Assembly (NCBI GenBank): GCA_013265495.1
Contig: MU058337.1
Coordinates: 1,854,777-1,889,128, forward strand
Length of the DNA stretch: 34,352 nucleotides
DNA from: Vicugna vicugna
Taxonomy: Eukaryota
Reading direction: 5' to 3'
The notes under the pieces are model-generated. The model was not told where the DNA came from, searched no databases, and saw only the letters and a program-made list of their open reading frames with translations. Shown here in pieces: positions 12,391 to 24,214 of this stretch (its first letter is position 1; each line of letters starts with the position of its first letter). A program made the position numbers and the translations under genes.

Positions 12391-13186
12391 AGATTTATGA
12401 ATAGAGACAAGGGCAGAAAGACCAAAGCTATGAAAATGTCATGGTCATGTTTATGAGGAGAGGGCGTGGATTGGGGTAGATGCGGGGAAATGATGGGGAG
12501 ACACTGACCGAGAAAACCTACTTGAGTCCCTCTGCCCTCTCCCCACCACCGCCTCTCCAGATCGGTATTGAAGGAGTTTGAGGAAGGTCAAGGGGTTGGA
12601 AGTGGGGGACCGTGTTTCAGTCCGTTTCTTCCATCTATCCTGAGGGTCAGTGTGGCTGCAGGACAGACCCAGCAGGCCCTGGGGCTCCCACATCGTACTT
12701 GGTACATGAGCATCTTCTCTAGGCTGCCTGTGTGCCCTCTGACTAGACCAGCCCTACCTGTCCCCACCCCTCCAACCCTGGGCTTTCCCAGCTCCACATT
12801 TCTGCCTCTGACAAGAATTCAGGATCCATAGAACTCTCACCAGCCTCCTTCCAGCCAGTGGGGGAATCTCTTCCTAATTTCAAATCTTTCTCTCTTCATG
12901 CGCTGTCTCAAAGATGTTTTGTCTATGTGGAGTGTTCAGTGTTTTTGTAAACAAGATGCTTGGTTTATTGCTAGAATATGACCTTGTGCAGCCCTTAAGG
13001 AAACAGACTCAGCCCACACTACCAGCTTGAATGGTGGGAAGAAAAGAAGGCTGATGCACAGGGAGGAAACAAGAGTACAAGTTAGTCTTGTTAAAATCAA
13101 AAACCCTAACAAAGCTATTTTTCTCAAATCTTCAAACAGAGATGTATCGTGCTTATCGTGTGCCGTTGATCCCTCCGTACAAACAG

Positions 13187-13275
13187 TTTCATTTCATTCA
13201 AATTTTTGTTGAGCGTCTCTTATGTGCCATGGACTGTGTTAGACCTTGTGAAGACTTTAAGAGAAAATCCATGGC
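13187..13275 (-). mobile_element. L2 3' end relic
   Basis: TTCATTCAAATTTTTGTTGAGCGTCTCTTATGTGCCATGGACTGTGTTAG is the typical antisense L2 tail. Confidence 0.65.
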
Positions 13276-14473
13276 CCGAGGGGTTTATATCTTGGCATCG
13301 AGGAGCAGTGACTGAAGGGTGTTGGGCTGGTTGAAGTGGCCTCTGTTCCAGTGTCATCATCTGGTCACTTAAGGAACTTTGCAGCTTTTCTGAGGTTGAG
13401 TAGAGAGCCAGGCATAGTCTACTTGTCTGACTTTTCAGCCAGCGAATGAGATTTTTGAGTAGCATGATTACTTGGTAATAAGATTTAAATTTGAAGAGGG
13501 GTCAGACCACAGACCACTTTTCAAAAGACCTTCCTTTTTTTTTTTTTTTTCAGGTTACATATTACATAATCGCCAGGAAAACATTTCTTTGAGTCCAGGA
13601 GAAGTGTCTTTGTTTTTTTCCCCTCTGGGGGCCACCGACTGCAGTTTCCATTTTGCGGTGTGTGTTAAGCAGTTCCTGTCACGCATTTGCTTGTGCACCA
13701 AACACAGCTTTAAATAAACAGCAAGGACCCTCTGAAAGATGGTGAAGACAAAAAGGAAATATTCCCCTTGTAGATTTGCTGTGCCACCGAGGGAAAGCCG
13801 ACTTGAAAATTAGATCATCTCCTCAGAAACCCCAAGAAGCCAAGTGTTCTCTGCTGAAAGGGGGAAGTAAAAAAATCGAGACCGTTTTATTCCAGCACGA
13901 GGAGGGCGGGGAGAGGACCGGACTTGCAGCTTAGTGTGACAGGCGGTTGGTCTGGCGACAGCAAAGGAATCCCCACCCCCGGGGTGTGTGCGGTTCCCGG
14001 ACAAAAGTGCGGCCCCAGAGCCTTCAAGGGGGGAAGTTTGGCCTTTCATCTTCCAGTTCCCCCGGCACTGGGAAGGCCAAACAAAAGAGAGTTTTCTTTT
14101 TTCCTGGGCTGGAAGGGGCACCTTCTTAAATCTCCCTCCATTCCTGCCGGTCCCCCCTCGCCACCCCCTGCTGCTGGTTGACATCCTCCCCTCTCCCCGT
14201 CCAGGCACATCTCTGCAGTGCATCCCCAGGGAGCAGCCTCAGTTGCTGCACCAGTCACTCGCCTGTCTGGCCGGTCAGTCTCTAAGCTCCAGGGAAGAAC
14301 CCCCCAGGGGTCAGGCGCGGTCCCTCCAGGGACGGGCTGGGGGAGGGTGGCCTGTGGGGCCCATTTACCCTGACAGGGCCCCCTTTTTACCTTCTCCGTG
14401 GAAGGGAACAAATCGTTTAGAAAGAGAAGCATGGAGATAAGGTTAAAAGAGAACAAATCAGGTCATTAAAACT

Positions 14474-14707
14474 GGGAAGGGATAAATTGGGAGTTTGAAA
14501 TTTGCAGATATTAACTACTTTCTAAAAAATAGATAAATGACAAGTTTCTACTATATAGCACGGGGAACTTACTCAATATCCTGTAGTGAAAAAGAAAATG
14601 AAAATGAATATATCTATGTGTATGACTGAAGCACTGTGCTGTACACCAGAAATTGACACAACATCCTGAACTGACTAGACTTCAATAAAAAGAAGAATAA
14701 AAAAAAA
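14474..14707 (+). mobile_element. LINE-1 3' UTR fragment with poly(A), cetartiodactyl-type
   Basis: GGGATAAATTGGGAGTTTGAAATTTGCAGATATTAACTACT...CTATATAGCACGGGGAACT...TGTGCTGTACACCAGAAATTGACACAACAT...CTTCAATAAAAA. Confidence 0.85.
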
Positions 14708-15829
14708 TTGCGGTTGATTGATGTCGGACAACAGTCCAAGGATAGGGACCTTTGGCCTTGTTGCCCTTCTCAAGTGCCTGGGGTGGCTCGCGATAAGCCT
14801 CAAGTGCTTTGTCCTGTTTAGAAGACATCATCGGCAGAAGAAAAAAAAAACTTTTTGAACTTGTATTCCTTAATCAGAACACGTCCCCAGCACCTGGTTT
14901 TATCTCCGGGCAGGGCTGCAGGCAAGCAAGGCCCTCTGAACCCTCCCCTGGCTCCCCGCCGCCTCCTCCCTGCAGCCAGGCTGCCTTACACATGCATGTT
15001 CCCCGTCAGACGGCCTGGAATGCAAAATGATGAAAATTAATGCTATTATTAAAGGATTTTTCAATTAAATGTGTAGTTCAGAGCCAGATGCTGCGCTTTT
15101 AAAGGAAGAGAAGTTTAAGTAAAAAAGCCTGACAGATATTCGTTCCGTCTAGTGTGGCAGAATTTATGGTAGATTACAGTCTTTGATTTCTGCGGGCCTG
15201 GGTTGTCAGGTCCACTTGCAAATGGGCTGTGGGAAAGAGTTGCACTTTGGTAATTTGAAAACATATGGGACATATGGTGAATATTACACCCAGAACGGTT
15301 ACGATGTTTTCTTCCTTTAAGAACTTTTCTTCTTTGCCTCCAGTGGATTGTTTGCAAGAACCCCATTACCTTTCTGCCTCTATTTTCCCTCAGAGGATAA
15401 TTTGCTTTATTCTGATGCTTTCGAATCCCAGGGAAAAATCTAGAAATGGGGTATTTCTCTTCCGTGTGGGACAACATGTGTACAGCTTCCGATCCTCTCT
15501 GAGCTTCTCATCTTCGTGTGCCAAGATCGAGGCTATCTTTTTAATTTTTTGGTATCTTATGAATTCTGCATATAATGTACTACTAATATTTTAAGTCAAA
15601 TGCCAAATTGAAAAAATGGATCAGATAAAAAAATCACATAATCAACTCACAGATATTTACTGATATTTAACCAAAGGGGTATAAACTGTTTTAAAAGTGA
15701 GTTTGGATGATGTGATTTTTTTTCCCCTCGAGACCTCCCCCCCAAAATCTTAAATGGATCAACTGACTAGGGATTGGCTACTCTAGGGAAAAAAAAGGGC
15801 AGGTACAAGTTTCAGGATTTGAGAAACTA

Positions 15830-16097
15830 TATTACACCTGTAATTAACAACACAGGATTGGTGCACTTTAGAGTATGTTGAGGATAGATCTCATGTTGAG
15901 TGTTCTTACCACAAAACACAGCAACAAAAACCACAGAAGAACACAAGGAAACTTTTGGAGGTGATAGATATATTTTGTACCTTGATAGACGGTGGTGAGG
16001 CTCTCATGGCTGTATGCATATAACCAGACTTGCCAAGATAAATACCTTAAACTTGTGCAGTTTTGTGTGCATCAACTCTATTGCAAAGCTTCAAAAA
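15830..16097 (+). mobile_element. Older L1M-type 3' end
   Basis: GATAGATCTCATGTTGAGTGTTCTTACCACAAAA...GAAACTTTTGGAGGTGATAGATATATTT...TACCTTAAACTTGTGCAGTTTT. Confidence 0.8.
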
Positions 16098-16689
16098 CCT
16101 ATTATAATTTGCAAAATGACTTTTTATGAAATGAGTGCAAAGGTCTTTGGGAACGCCGAGGAACAGGAAATCACATCTGATGAGAATGATCAAGATAATC
16201 TTTATTGTGGAGGACACATTTGGAATAAGCCTATTAAGGATGTCATAAGAGGCAAAGATGGATACTTCAGGGTTCCTACTAGGAAAGGCTACTAGGTGAA
16301 TTTGTTCGTAGACTGCCATGTGACATGTCCCCTTGTGAGATGGGCTATTGGATTCCAAAGTTGGCGTGGTCCAGAGTAGACCACCATGGACTGGTGATCC
16401 CCTGGAATACAAACTCATCAGCACATAGGTCGCTAACAAATAACACGCGACGGCCAGCATGGTGGCCAGGCATGTCTCCAGATCCTCTGCTGGGCTCCAC
16501 GGATCAGCTCTGAGAAACATTGGAAGTAAAGTCACGCCCTTAGCAGGACTGTCCGTGCCCCCGATAAGGCCAGGCTGTCCACCGACTCGGCACTGTAAGC
16601 CACAGCATCCCTCACTGAGCTTACTCTCGCCGTGGGCTAACTTGTCTGCTATTTCATCTAATCTCTCTTCACTCAAGTCAGGGTGACTT

Positions 16690-17211
16690 CTGTAAAATGA
16701 CAAATCGACTCTTGGGACGTCCTGGCTTAAAATACTTGGAGGCTCCCCACTGCCTCTAGAAAAATGTCTGAGCTCTTAAACATCGCCCACAAAATGCTCA
16801 TGATCAGATTCTTGCCAGTTTTCCGACCTCACCCCTCCCATCCCCTTTTTACACAAATGCAGCTGCCTTGAAATTATCCTGTGGCTGAGTTTCCGGGGAA
16901 CCCAGTCTGCCTCCATCACACACCTACTTTGATTCCTCCTCCAGGACTCCTCTGGGTACCACTTCCTGTAAGAGACCTTCCCTAACATTGCAATCTAGCC
17001 CAGGAACCTGCCTTTGTAATTTCATATCAATTATTATACTTTTAAAATAACTTTTTTTTTGTCTGTGACCTACTGGGCAATAAGCTTCATGAAAATAAGT
17101 GTTAACTTACCTTTCTCAACCTCGTATTCATGGAACTGAGTACTGTTTCAACACAAAGTAAGCTTCCTATAAACGGTGAAAGAATGATGAAATGAAAGAA
17201 TGAATGAATAA
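16690..17211 (+). mobile_element. L2 3' portion
   Basis: GCTTAAAATACTTGGAGGCTCCCCACTGCC...TAAGCTTCATGAAAATAAG... ends in the L2 tail GAATGAATGAATAAA. Confidence 0.65.
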
Positions 17212-17481
17212 AGGAAATTGAAAACATCCCTCTTGAAGTTTTACAATAAACAAAAACAGAAACAGATTTCACAAACAATAAAAAAGATTCTAGCAGGATT
17301 TGCAGGCTTTTGTTCGACAGAGTGTAATAACTCATTTCTTAAATAGAATTTTTGCTTTACAATTTGTCAAGATGATAACTAAATTATATCACAGAGTATC
17401 ATTTAAAACTGATTTTTATTGCTGTTATGACTCCTTTTAAGTATATCTCTCAGATTGAAAAGGCTATCCTAAAAAAGTGCT

Positions 17482-17628
17482 GGAGGGGAGGGTACAGCTC
17501 AAGTGGCAGAATGCGTCCTTAGCGTGCACGAGGCCCTGGGTTCAATCTCCAGCACCGTCATTCACGTATATAAATAAACCTAATTACCACCCACTCCCTG
17601 GGAAAAAAAAAACCTTAAAAAAAAGAAA
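17482..17628 (+). mobile_element. tRNA-derived SINE (camelid Vic-1-like) with target-site duplication
   Basis: It has an A-box-like CAGCTCAAGTGG, a B-box GGTTCAATCTCC and an A-rich tail. The TSD AAAAAAGTGCT lies at 17471-17481 and 17629-17639. Confidence 0.9.
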
Positions 17629-18004
17629 AAAAAAGTGCTTTAAGAACCATTCTGATTTTTCAGATCTAAAATATTTTGGCTGTATTTAGAGATCATTTCA
17701 TTAATTAAATATTAATATTAACTAACTAGAACTAATAACTAATATTAGCTAGTTACCCACAAGTAGTTCAGAAAACAATTAGAAACTGAAGTAGCATGTC
17801 AGTTACAAAATGTTACGTTATGTAATAAAGGTTAAAGAGAATGTAACTCCTGAATTTTCTAGAACTCTCTAGAGGTTAGATCTGCAGCTCCTGGTGTTTG
17901 AGGAGATCTCTAAATCATGCTAACTGCTTAATTTTTATAGTCATATCAGTTTTAAGTGGCTTTAGGATTTTTGTTTGCATTTATAGTTCTAATAACTTTA
18001 AATA

Positions 18005-18185
18005 CCCCCCTGGTTCAAGGAGTCTTAGTTGAGGTTCAGTGACCTCTTCATTGTCCTGTCAAATGTTTTTAAGGGAGGGGGAGTGTCTGAACCTTCTCAA
18101 GTTGTACATAAATGCTTGTATTTACTTGTGAGCTTTGCCTGGGGGGAGAGTCTGTGGGTTTCACAAGCTTTTCAAGATGTCACAG
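18005..18185. mobile_element. Degenerate hAT-Charlie MER-type element, subfamily not assigned
   Basis: CTGGGGGGAGAGTCTGTGGGTTTCACAAGCTTTTCAAG resembles ctggggagagggtccatagctttcatcagattctcaaag, seen in MER/Charlie elements. Confidence 0.4.
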
Positions 18186-18949
18186 GCACCAGGATGGCTG
18201 CGTTCTGAAATTTGTTTAATTTATTATATAACAGCTGACCATAAAATAAATAGGACCAGGAAACAGATACTGTGAAAAATGATAAAGCTGCAGAGGGGAG
18301 CGCGGAGAGTCCAGGTTTTACTGCTTCAAATGGCAAGGGTGTGGCAAGGCCAGGCGGGTCTGCATCGGCACAGGAGAAGTAAGCATTTTGCAGGGTTCTC
18401 AATCAAGTGTGTAAGTAGCTCATCTTGCAAAAAAACACTTAGGGGCTGTGAATGATAGAAGCATAAGACAGAATTCTCTGCTTCTGAGGAGCGTGGGTGT
18501 GTGATTTTTAAAGACCTGCCGTAGTTTCACAGAGATTTCAGTTCAGAATGCTGCGAGCTCTTAATCGTTCATAAGGGCGGAAGGAAAGCTCGACTCCAGC
18601 TGGGAGACCTGCAAGGTGCAGGGTCACAGGAGAAGGACAAGGTCCCTGTGGGGCAGGAAGTGGAGCTTTATGGCAAACAGGGGTGGCACAACGCAGAACG
18701 GCACTCCAAAGATAGGCAGAGGCCAAATAAATATTTGAACGCCGGGCTGGGCTCTGGTGCTTCACTTCCCGATGTGGTGGGGAGTCATCAGAGCTCTGAG
18801 CATGAAGCAGTATCAGATTCCTCTGAGGAGCATGGGTTTTGAAAGCAACAGGTCAGAGGCAGAGAAGTTGGGAGAGATCTCTCATACAGGAGCCCGCGCT
18901 GGAGCAGTCCACGGGGGACATGGCATGCTGCTTTAGGAGAGCGCAGCAG

Positions 18950-19700
18950 TGGGGTGGAAAGAGGGGTCACAGTTCCACGGGGGAGTTGTCAGGATTTCAC
19001 GTATGACTGGATGTGGGTGTGAAATGTAGGGACACATCCCAGATGGTTGTCAAATTTTAACTTCCTGGGTGGTTACTAATGCCATTGATTAAAGAATAGT
19101 TAGAACTTTTTTTGGGGTGGTGGGGAGAGGAGGCAGCTGTGTTCTATTTTGAGCGTGTTTTTAGGATTCATTTGGAAAAGCCTCGTCTACAGCTGGAAAC
19201 ACGAGTGTGGAACGATGAGGACTTGGGACATAGTCAGGGGACTTATTTGCAGACTGGGACCAGTTTGAGACATAGAATAAAAACCCTAATACGAGGGGAC
19301 TGACAAAAAGAGAGCCGGGTCTAGAGGAGTGCCTGGCCGGGGATGGGGTGGCAGCCAGTGTGTTGTGAAGGGGACGACATTGGCTTGTTTTAGCGGGAGA
19401 GTTCCGGTAGAATTTAGGTCAAAATACTGATTTCATGCAGCAGCGAGAAGCGAGGAAGACGTGAGGTAGAGGTAACAAGCATGGATAGGTCTTTCAGAGG
19501 AGGAGTGGTGCCACTGGGACCGGTGGGATTGCGTGCAGGCTGCGCAGGGCTGGGATAAAGGAAGTCTTGAACTTGTTGGTGGGTGACCGACAGCAGAAAG
19601 TCAGCAGAAGAGAGGTGGGAGATGTCGGGGGGAGATGGGATCACGGGCAAAGCAAGCTACTGGCACAGTGCTAGCACCTAGAAGAGAACGGGTCCAGCTG
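18950..19700 (-). mobile_element. L2 relic
   Basis: Purine-rich stretch with the antisense L2 hallmarks GACTGGATGTGGG, GTTCTATTTTGAGCGTGTT and GTGAGGTAGAGGTAACAAGCATGGATAGGTCTTTCAGAG. Confidence 0.55.
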
Positions 19701-20429
19701 CGAAGTATAAAATGGAAAGGAGGGTGGGCTGTGGGATGGGAATGACTTCCACAGCCAAGGACCCACGACTCCTACGTCCCCGTACCCTGAGAGCAGGCCA
19801 CTCTTGGCAGAACTCGACATAAGCAACCCCCTTGCGAAACAATCGTTTTACAAGTGTCACCGCATCAGGTTTTGCTCCGTGCGAAGAGCTCACGTCAGGT
19901 TGGTTCTTACTGACACAGGGTATCTGCTTTATAAGAGACGCTTCTCTAGCACCTCTGCTTTGGTCACTGGGCCACAAAGCATCTAGAGATTTAAAACGTT
20001 ATTTTAAAAATAATAGATTTATTTAGACTAATGGTAAAACTGTCGTGGCTTTTATTGGTGGTAGTGAATCAGAGACTACCCTACAGCACCAACTGTTAGA
20101 AAAATGAAAACTTTTCTGGGAACATTGGGTTGATTTCCACAAACAAATTTTCCTGATTCTAATATAGTAATTTCCCCACAGTGGATCTGTGGGTCCCCTG
20201 CGTGGACACTGATGTGCCTGAAGACGAAAAGGAAGGCAGCCCTCTGTCCTGGAGGCATTATTTTCTGAATGTCATCCATGAAGTCTACACACTAAGATGT
20301 CTAGGAATAAAATAACATTTGTGATCTGTACAACTTCATCGGCAAAAACACCACATTTGTTTTATCAATAAAAGACAGTGCCCAGAGCTGTGGGGTCTAC
20401 AAGATGGAGCTAACACCCTAACGAGCACC

Positions 20430-20575
20430 ACCATTTTTGGGGACCTAACCGTCTGTGAGGCATGGTTGCAAATGTTTCATCTTTTCAATAGCTTAATACT
20501 GTGTCACTGCATTTCAGATGAGAGTGAAGCTCCGTAAGGAAAGGAATTTCCTCAAGGTCACACAAAGCTGCTCCG
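20430..20575 (-). mobile_element. MIR relic
   Basis: CATTTCAGATGAGAGTGAAGCTCCGTAAGGAAAGGAATTTCCTCAAGGTCACACA is the antisense MIR core. Confidence 0.7.
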
Positions 20576-20639
20576 AGGGCAGGAGAGGGGTTTCTGTGCT
20601 GAAGCCCTTTTGTAGGGGAGGTGAGAATTTGCACACTGG

Positions 20640-21180
20640 TAAGCATGCTCCTTGACCTTGGGTGTGTGATGTGTGTAAAGTGCCACCATGTGAAGCTTCA
20701 TGACACTTCAGAGCAGGCAGAGTCTGAGGGGGCAAGGGCAGGCTCAGAAAGGTTGGAGGCCACGTTTGCTTTTGACTTTCAGAGAGAAGTTCAAGTCAGA
20801 CAGGTGAGGCTGTGGTGGGGGAGGGGAGGGGGTGAGAACAGGGGAGATGGGAGGAGGAGGATAAACCTGAGACATGCAAGGATGGGAGAAGCCTTCCGGT
20901 CCAGGGGAAGCATGAGGTCTGCAAGGGGAGAGGCCGGGGGAGAGGATGGACTGGGGCTACATCAGAGTAAGGCCCTGTAACCGGCTGAGGATGCTAGATT
21001 TCCCATCAGGTGTTTCAAACGGGATTCGGTCAAGGAGTGACAAAATCCCAGCTTTGTTGGGAAGCCACATAGGGGAGACTGAAAATACAGATGATGACTC
21101 TGCTGTTTTTAGAAGAACCCTTCGTTGCTGAGATGTGAAGGGTCAGAATGAAGCTGGAGAGGGTGCTACAATCGGAGTCT
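20640..21180 (-). mobile_element. L2 relic
   Basis: GA-rich stretch containing CCAGGGGAAGCATG, GGCCCTGTAACCGGCTGAGGATGCTAGATT and TGTTTTTAGAAGAACCCTTCGTTGCTG. Confidence 0.5.
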
Positions 21181-21699
21181 GGGGAACTTAAATCAGACCG
21201 GCAAGACTTGGGTGGAAATAGCTCCTCCACAGCTTCCTATCTGATCCAGAAGCTGGGAGCTGTCCCTCACAGCAGTCCCGAGAAATGTGGCCATCTTAGG
21301 TGACAGATGCTCATTGTGTTAACGAACATGGTAATTTATTAGCCGCTTTTGAATACTTGGCTCTGAATTTGATGCTTTCAAACTAGGGTGGCTAGTCAGG
21401 AACTAGCAACTAATATTCCTCCAGTTGGATGTTTCTGTCTGCTTGGCTTGGTTTCATATACTTTTCTTACTGAGGAATCCTAAATTTTTCTTCCATCTTA
21501 CATTTACTACTTTATAATTTGCATACATGTGCTGAAAAACAGCATTCTGAGAAAATGTCCATTACAATGTAGTGATGTGGTAGAAAAATAGGCCCTTTTG
21601 TACTGATTTTCAAATACTGCACATCAGATCGTGTGCCTGAAAGCACACGCAGTATATACTCAGTAAAACTGAACTTCATATGTGAACTTTTTCCTCCTC

Positions 21700-21880
21700 T
21701 TGAGCTTGGATTTGAAATCCTAGATTCTCATTTTGTCACTACTCTGCAGCTTCCTTGTTTTTGATATCTTGTGTAATTAATTATTTCTGTTCTCTAAAAC
21801 AAAACGCACCCATCTGAAACATGAGGATAGTCAGAATTCCTGCTTCCCAGGACTAAATATGAACAGGAATTATATAAAGG
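21700..21880 (+). mobile_element. MIR relic
   Basis: GATATCTTGTGTAATTAATT...CCCATCTGAAACATGAGGATA...CCTGCTTCCCAGG resembles the MIR core and tail. Confidence 0.45.
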
Positions 21881-22139
21881 TTTCTGTATGTTTTAATGTG
21901 CTGTTTAAACGCATCATGTGGTAAACTTCATTGCAGAAAAGCAATATTATTGAAGTGTTATTTTTGAATTTTGATAGTATGGGAAAGGAAGTGTGAGATG
22001 CATTAGGGCGGCCTTTCAACGTATCCATCATACATTTCAAGCCTGCATTTTGGAAAGTTCTCTGGACAATACTTGCTTTATCGTGGGCAAGGGCATGTGT
22101 ATCTTAATGCTGCTCCTCATTTTTATTTAAAATCCGAAC

Positions 22140-22335
22140 GAGTAAAGGTCACGCTGCCCCTTTGGCCCTGACTCCTGGGGAGGTCCTCCCGCACACACCG
22201 AGGAAGGAGCGGGACGCGGGTGGACGGTCAGCCGCTCTGGGTGCAAACGCCTGCTGTCCCGGGGAGCATGCGCAGTGGACGTCCACCTCGCCACGCCCCT
22301 CCCGGGACGCCTGCAGAGCACATGGCGCCCCGACA
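22140..22335. promoter_or_regulatory. Small CpG/GC-rich patch with KLF/SP and NRF1-like motifs
   Basis: CpG-dense, with GAGCATGCGCA (22264-22274) and GCCACGCCCC (22290-22299). Confidence 0.35.
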
Positions 22336-23549
22336 CAAGCTGGGACTAATTTAGGATCAAAGTTGTCCCTCCATCTGCCTCTTCCCAATGATTCGGTAGG
22401 GTTTATAAAGCTTCGCTGCTTCATCATAATGTTTGGGTCAAAAGCTTACCCCTATTTGGGAGAATTTTGGCTCTAATAGGAGGGCTCCCCTTGGGCTAGT
22501 GTGACTGTGGCGTGAGATCTGCTTTGTCCTCCTGCCTGCTCAAGTCAGAGGGGGCTTTCAGTCTCTCTGTGCCCTGTCTAACGGAAATACGTTTGGGGAG
22601 ATGCTCCGCAGCTTGGCTGGTAGCATCTGCTCTGCACACTTGAACGCTGCCCCTCCAGCCTGCCAGAGTAATGTATGTTACTTTACTTACTATGGTGAAA
22701 TTATTTTTCAAAATCGGGTGATTCAGCTACTTTAAGATTGGAAATCCCTTCCACATGATGGATCTTCCCCCTCTCCCTTCTGAAATCTGCTTTTTGAAGT
22801 AGGGCTGATGTCTTTGTTATTTCTCTTATTGTTAAGCTGCATTTTAACTGCTAATATATTTTCTGGAGGCAAGCAATTGCCAAGCAACTGAAAGCGTAAA
22901 GGGAAATTTGTACTATGCAAATTAGGGACTTAATGCATTAATTAGATAGATTGGAACATTGTATTTCCATGTGTTTCATGCCTTAATTCTCAAACTGAGA
23001 GTTGGAACCGCTGGGAGGGAGGGCTCTGATGGGGTTCCAAGTGGATGCTGGAAACCAGAATGTCAGAGTTTTTGAAAAGCTGTGTGGTCATGGTAGGAGC
23101 CAAATGAAGTAGGAAAAGGGGATGGATTCTCTTGAAGCTGCATTGTTACTTTATAATGAGACAGTACCACAGAGTTCTAAGTGCTGTTTGGTAGACATGG
23201 TCCCTAATAAATGAAAACTATTTATTTTCACTTGCCGCAGTGGTCAGATGAACCAGCAAACCCTTTTCTTCCTTCCTCTGAGGGAAGCCCAGAATCAAAA
23301 AAAAAAAAATAAAAAATAATCAGAGTTGGCATCCTGAGGCTAACACTCTTCCTTCTGGATAGCAAAGACAGCAACCAGTGACAGCTCCCAACGTGTCTCT
23401 TGAAACACAGCCAAACCTGGGTCAGCACAAGGAGCCATTGCTTTTTAGTGTAATATGGTGGAGGGACGTTGGGTAGGGATTTTTTCCCAAATGGCAAGGC
23501 TAAACTCACTGTAACAGGGGACGTGTCTTCCTTGACACTCACTTTTTTC

Positions 23550-24065
23550 CACTCTTTGATTCACTCCGTACTCCAGAGGTGAATCGAGTACTTCTGTGTT
23601 ACATGCTGGGGGATAAATTGGGGAGTGAAACGGACATAGCCCTCTTCCCATGGGGATTAATCTAATGATGAATAGTATTACTGTGGAATGTGTAGTCACA
23701 AACTGGAAAAGTTGCCTCCAAGGAGAGGATGTAGTTTTGTGAGAAATTCCCAAGGAACCGAGATGGGGTGGGCGGGGGATGAAGGAAGAAGTCTCTGATC
23801 AGGCGATCAGAACAGAAGCTAAGGGGTGAGCTCATGTTCACAAGGAACAAGGCTGAGTGTTTGGAGTAGATGGTGCTGTAAGTTCATGGCAGAGAAATCA
23901 GCGAAGTAATTGTGAAAGACTGGCAAGACCAATGATGCTGGAATTGAAAGAGCAAGGAACAGGGTGGCAGAGGCAAGAACGCCAGCATCCAATAGACCAT
24001 GTCCAGGGCTTGAGGCTCTACCCAAAGAGCGACGGAAGACATGCTTTGTGTAGGGGAGACATGTA
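23550..24065 (-). mobile_element. L2 3' portion
   Basis: GAGTACTTCTGTGTTACATGCTGGGGGATA...GACATAGCCCTCTTCCCATGGGGATT...GACTGGCAAGACCAATGATGCTGGA follows the antisense L2 3' end. Confidence 0.55.
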
Positions 24066-24214
24066 AGTGGTGCGACTGAGCTCTTATCTCCTGGGAAAAG
24101 CAGTTCTACCGTTGAAGGTTTACTAATAGGTTTACAGACGTGTCATCTCTATGTAACTTCTTGGTTAAGCTGGTTAGTTGGAATTGGGTTTTTGTCATGT
24201 CGTTACCTGTGGAT

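Noticed and set aside
13531..13600. Very strong poly-T acceptor (T-run then CAG|G)
   Set aside because: No good donor at exon distance, so it is probably just a homopolymer run.
16047..16703. Longest ORF (218 aa, minus strand)
   Set aside because: No recognisable domain. Its ends overlap an L1 3' end and an L2 relic, and there are no convincing exon boundaries.
17105..17116. Perfect minus-strand donor AAG|GTAAGT
   Set aside because: It lies within an L2 relic and no paired acceptor was identified.
17482..17555. tRNA-like sequence (also 32620-32696)
   Set aside because: The A-tail, TSD and degenerate stems show these are SINE heads, not tRNA genes.
17695..17756. AT-rich AACTA-like repeats with short inverted repeats
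   Set aside because: Low complexity, where short palindromes are expected by chance.
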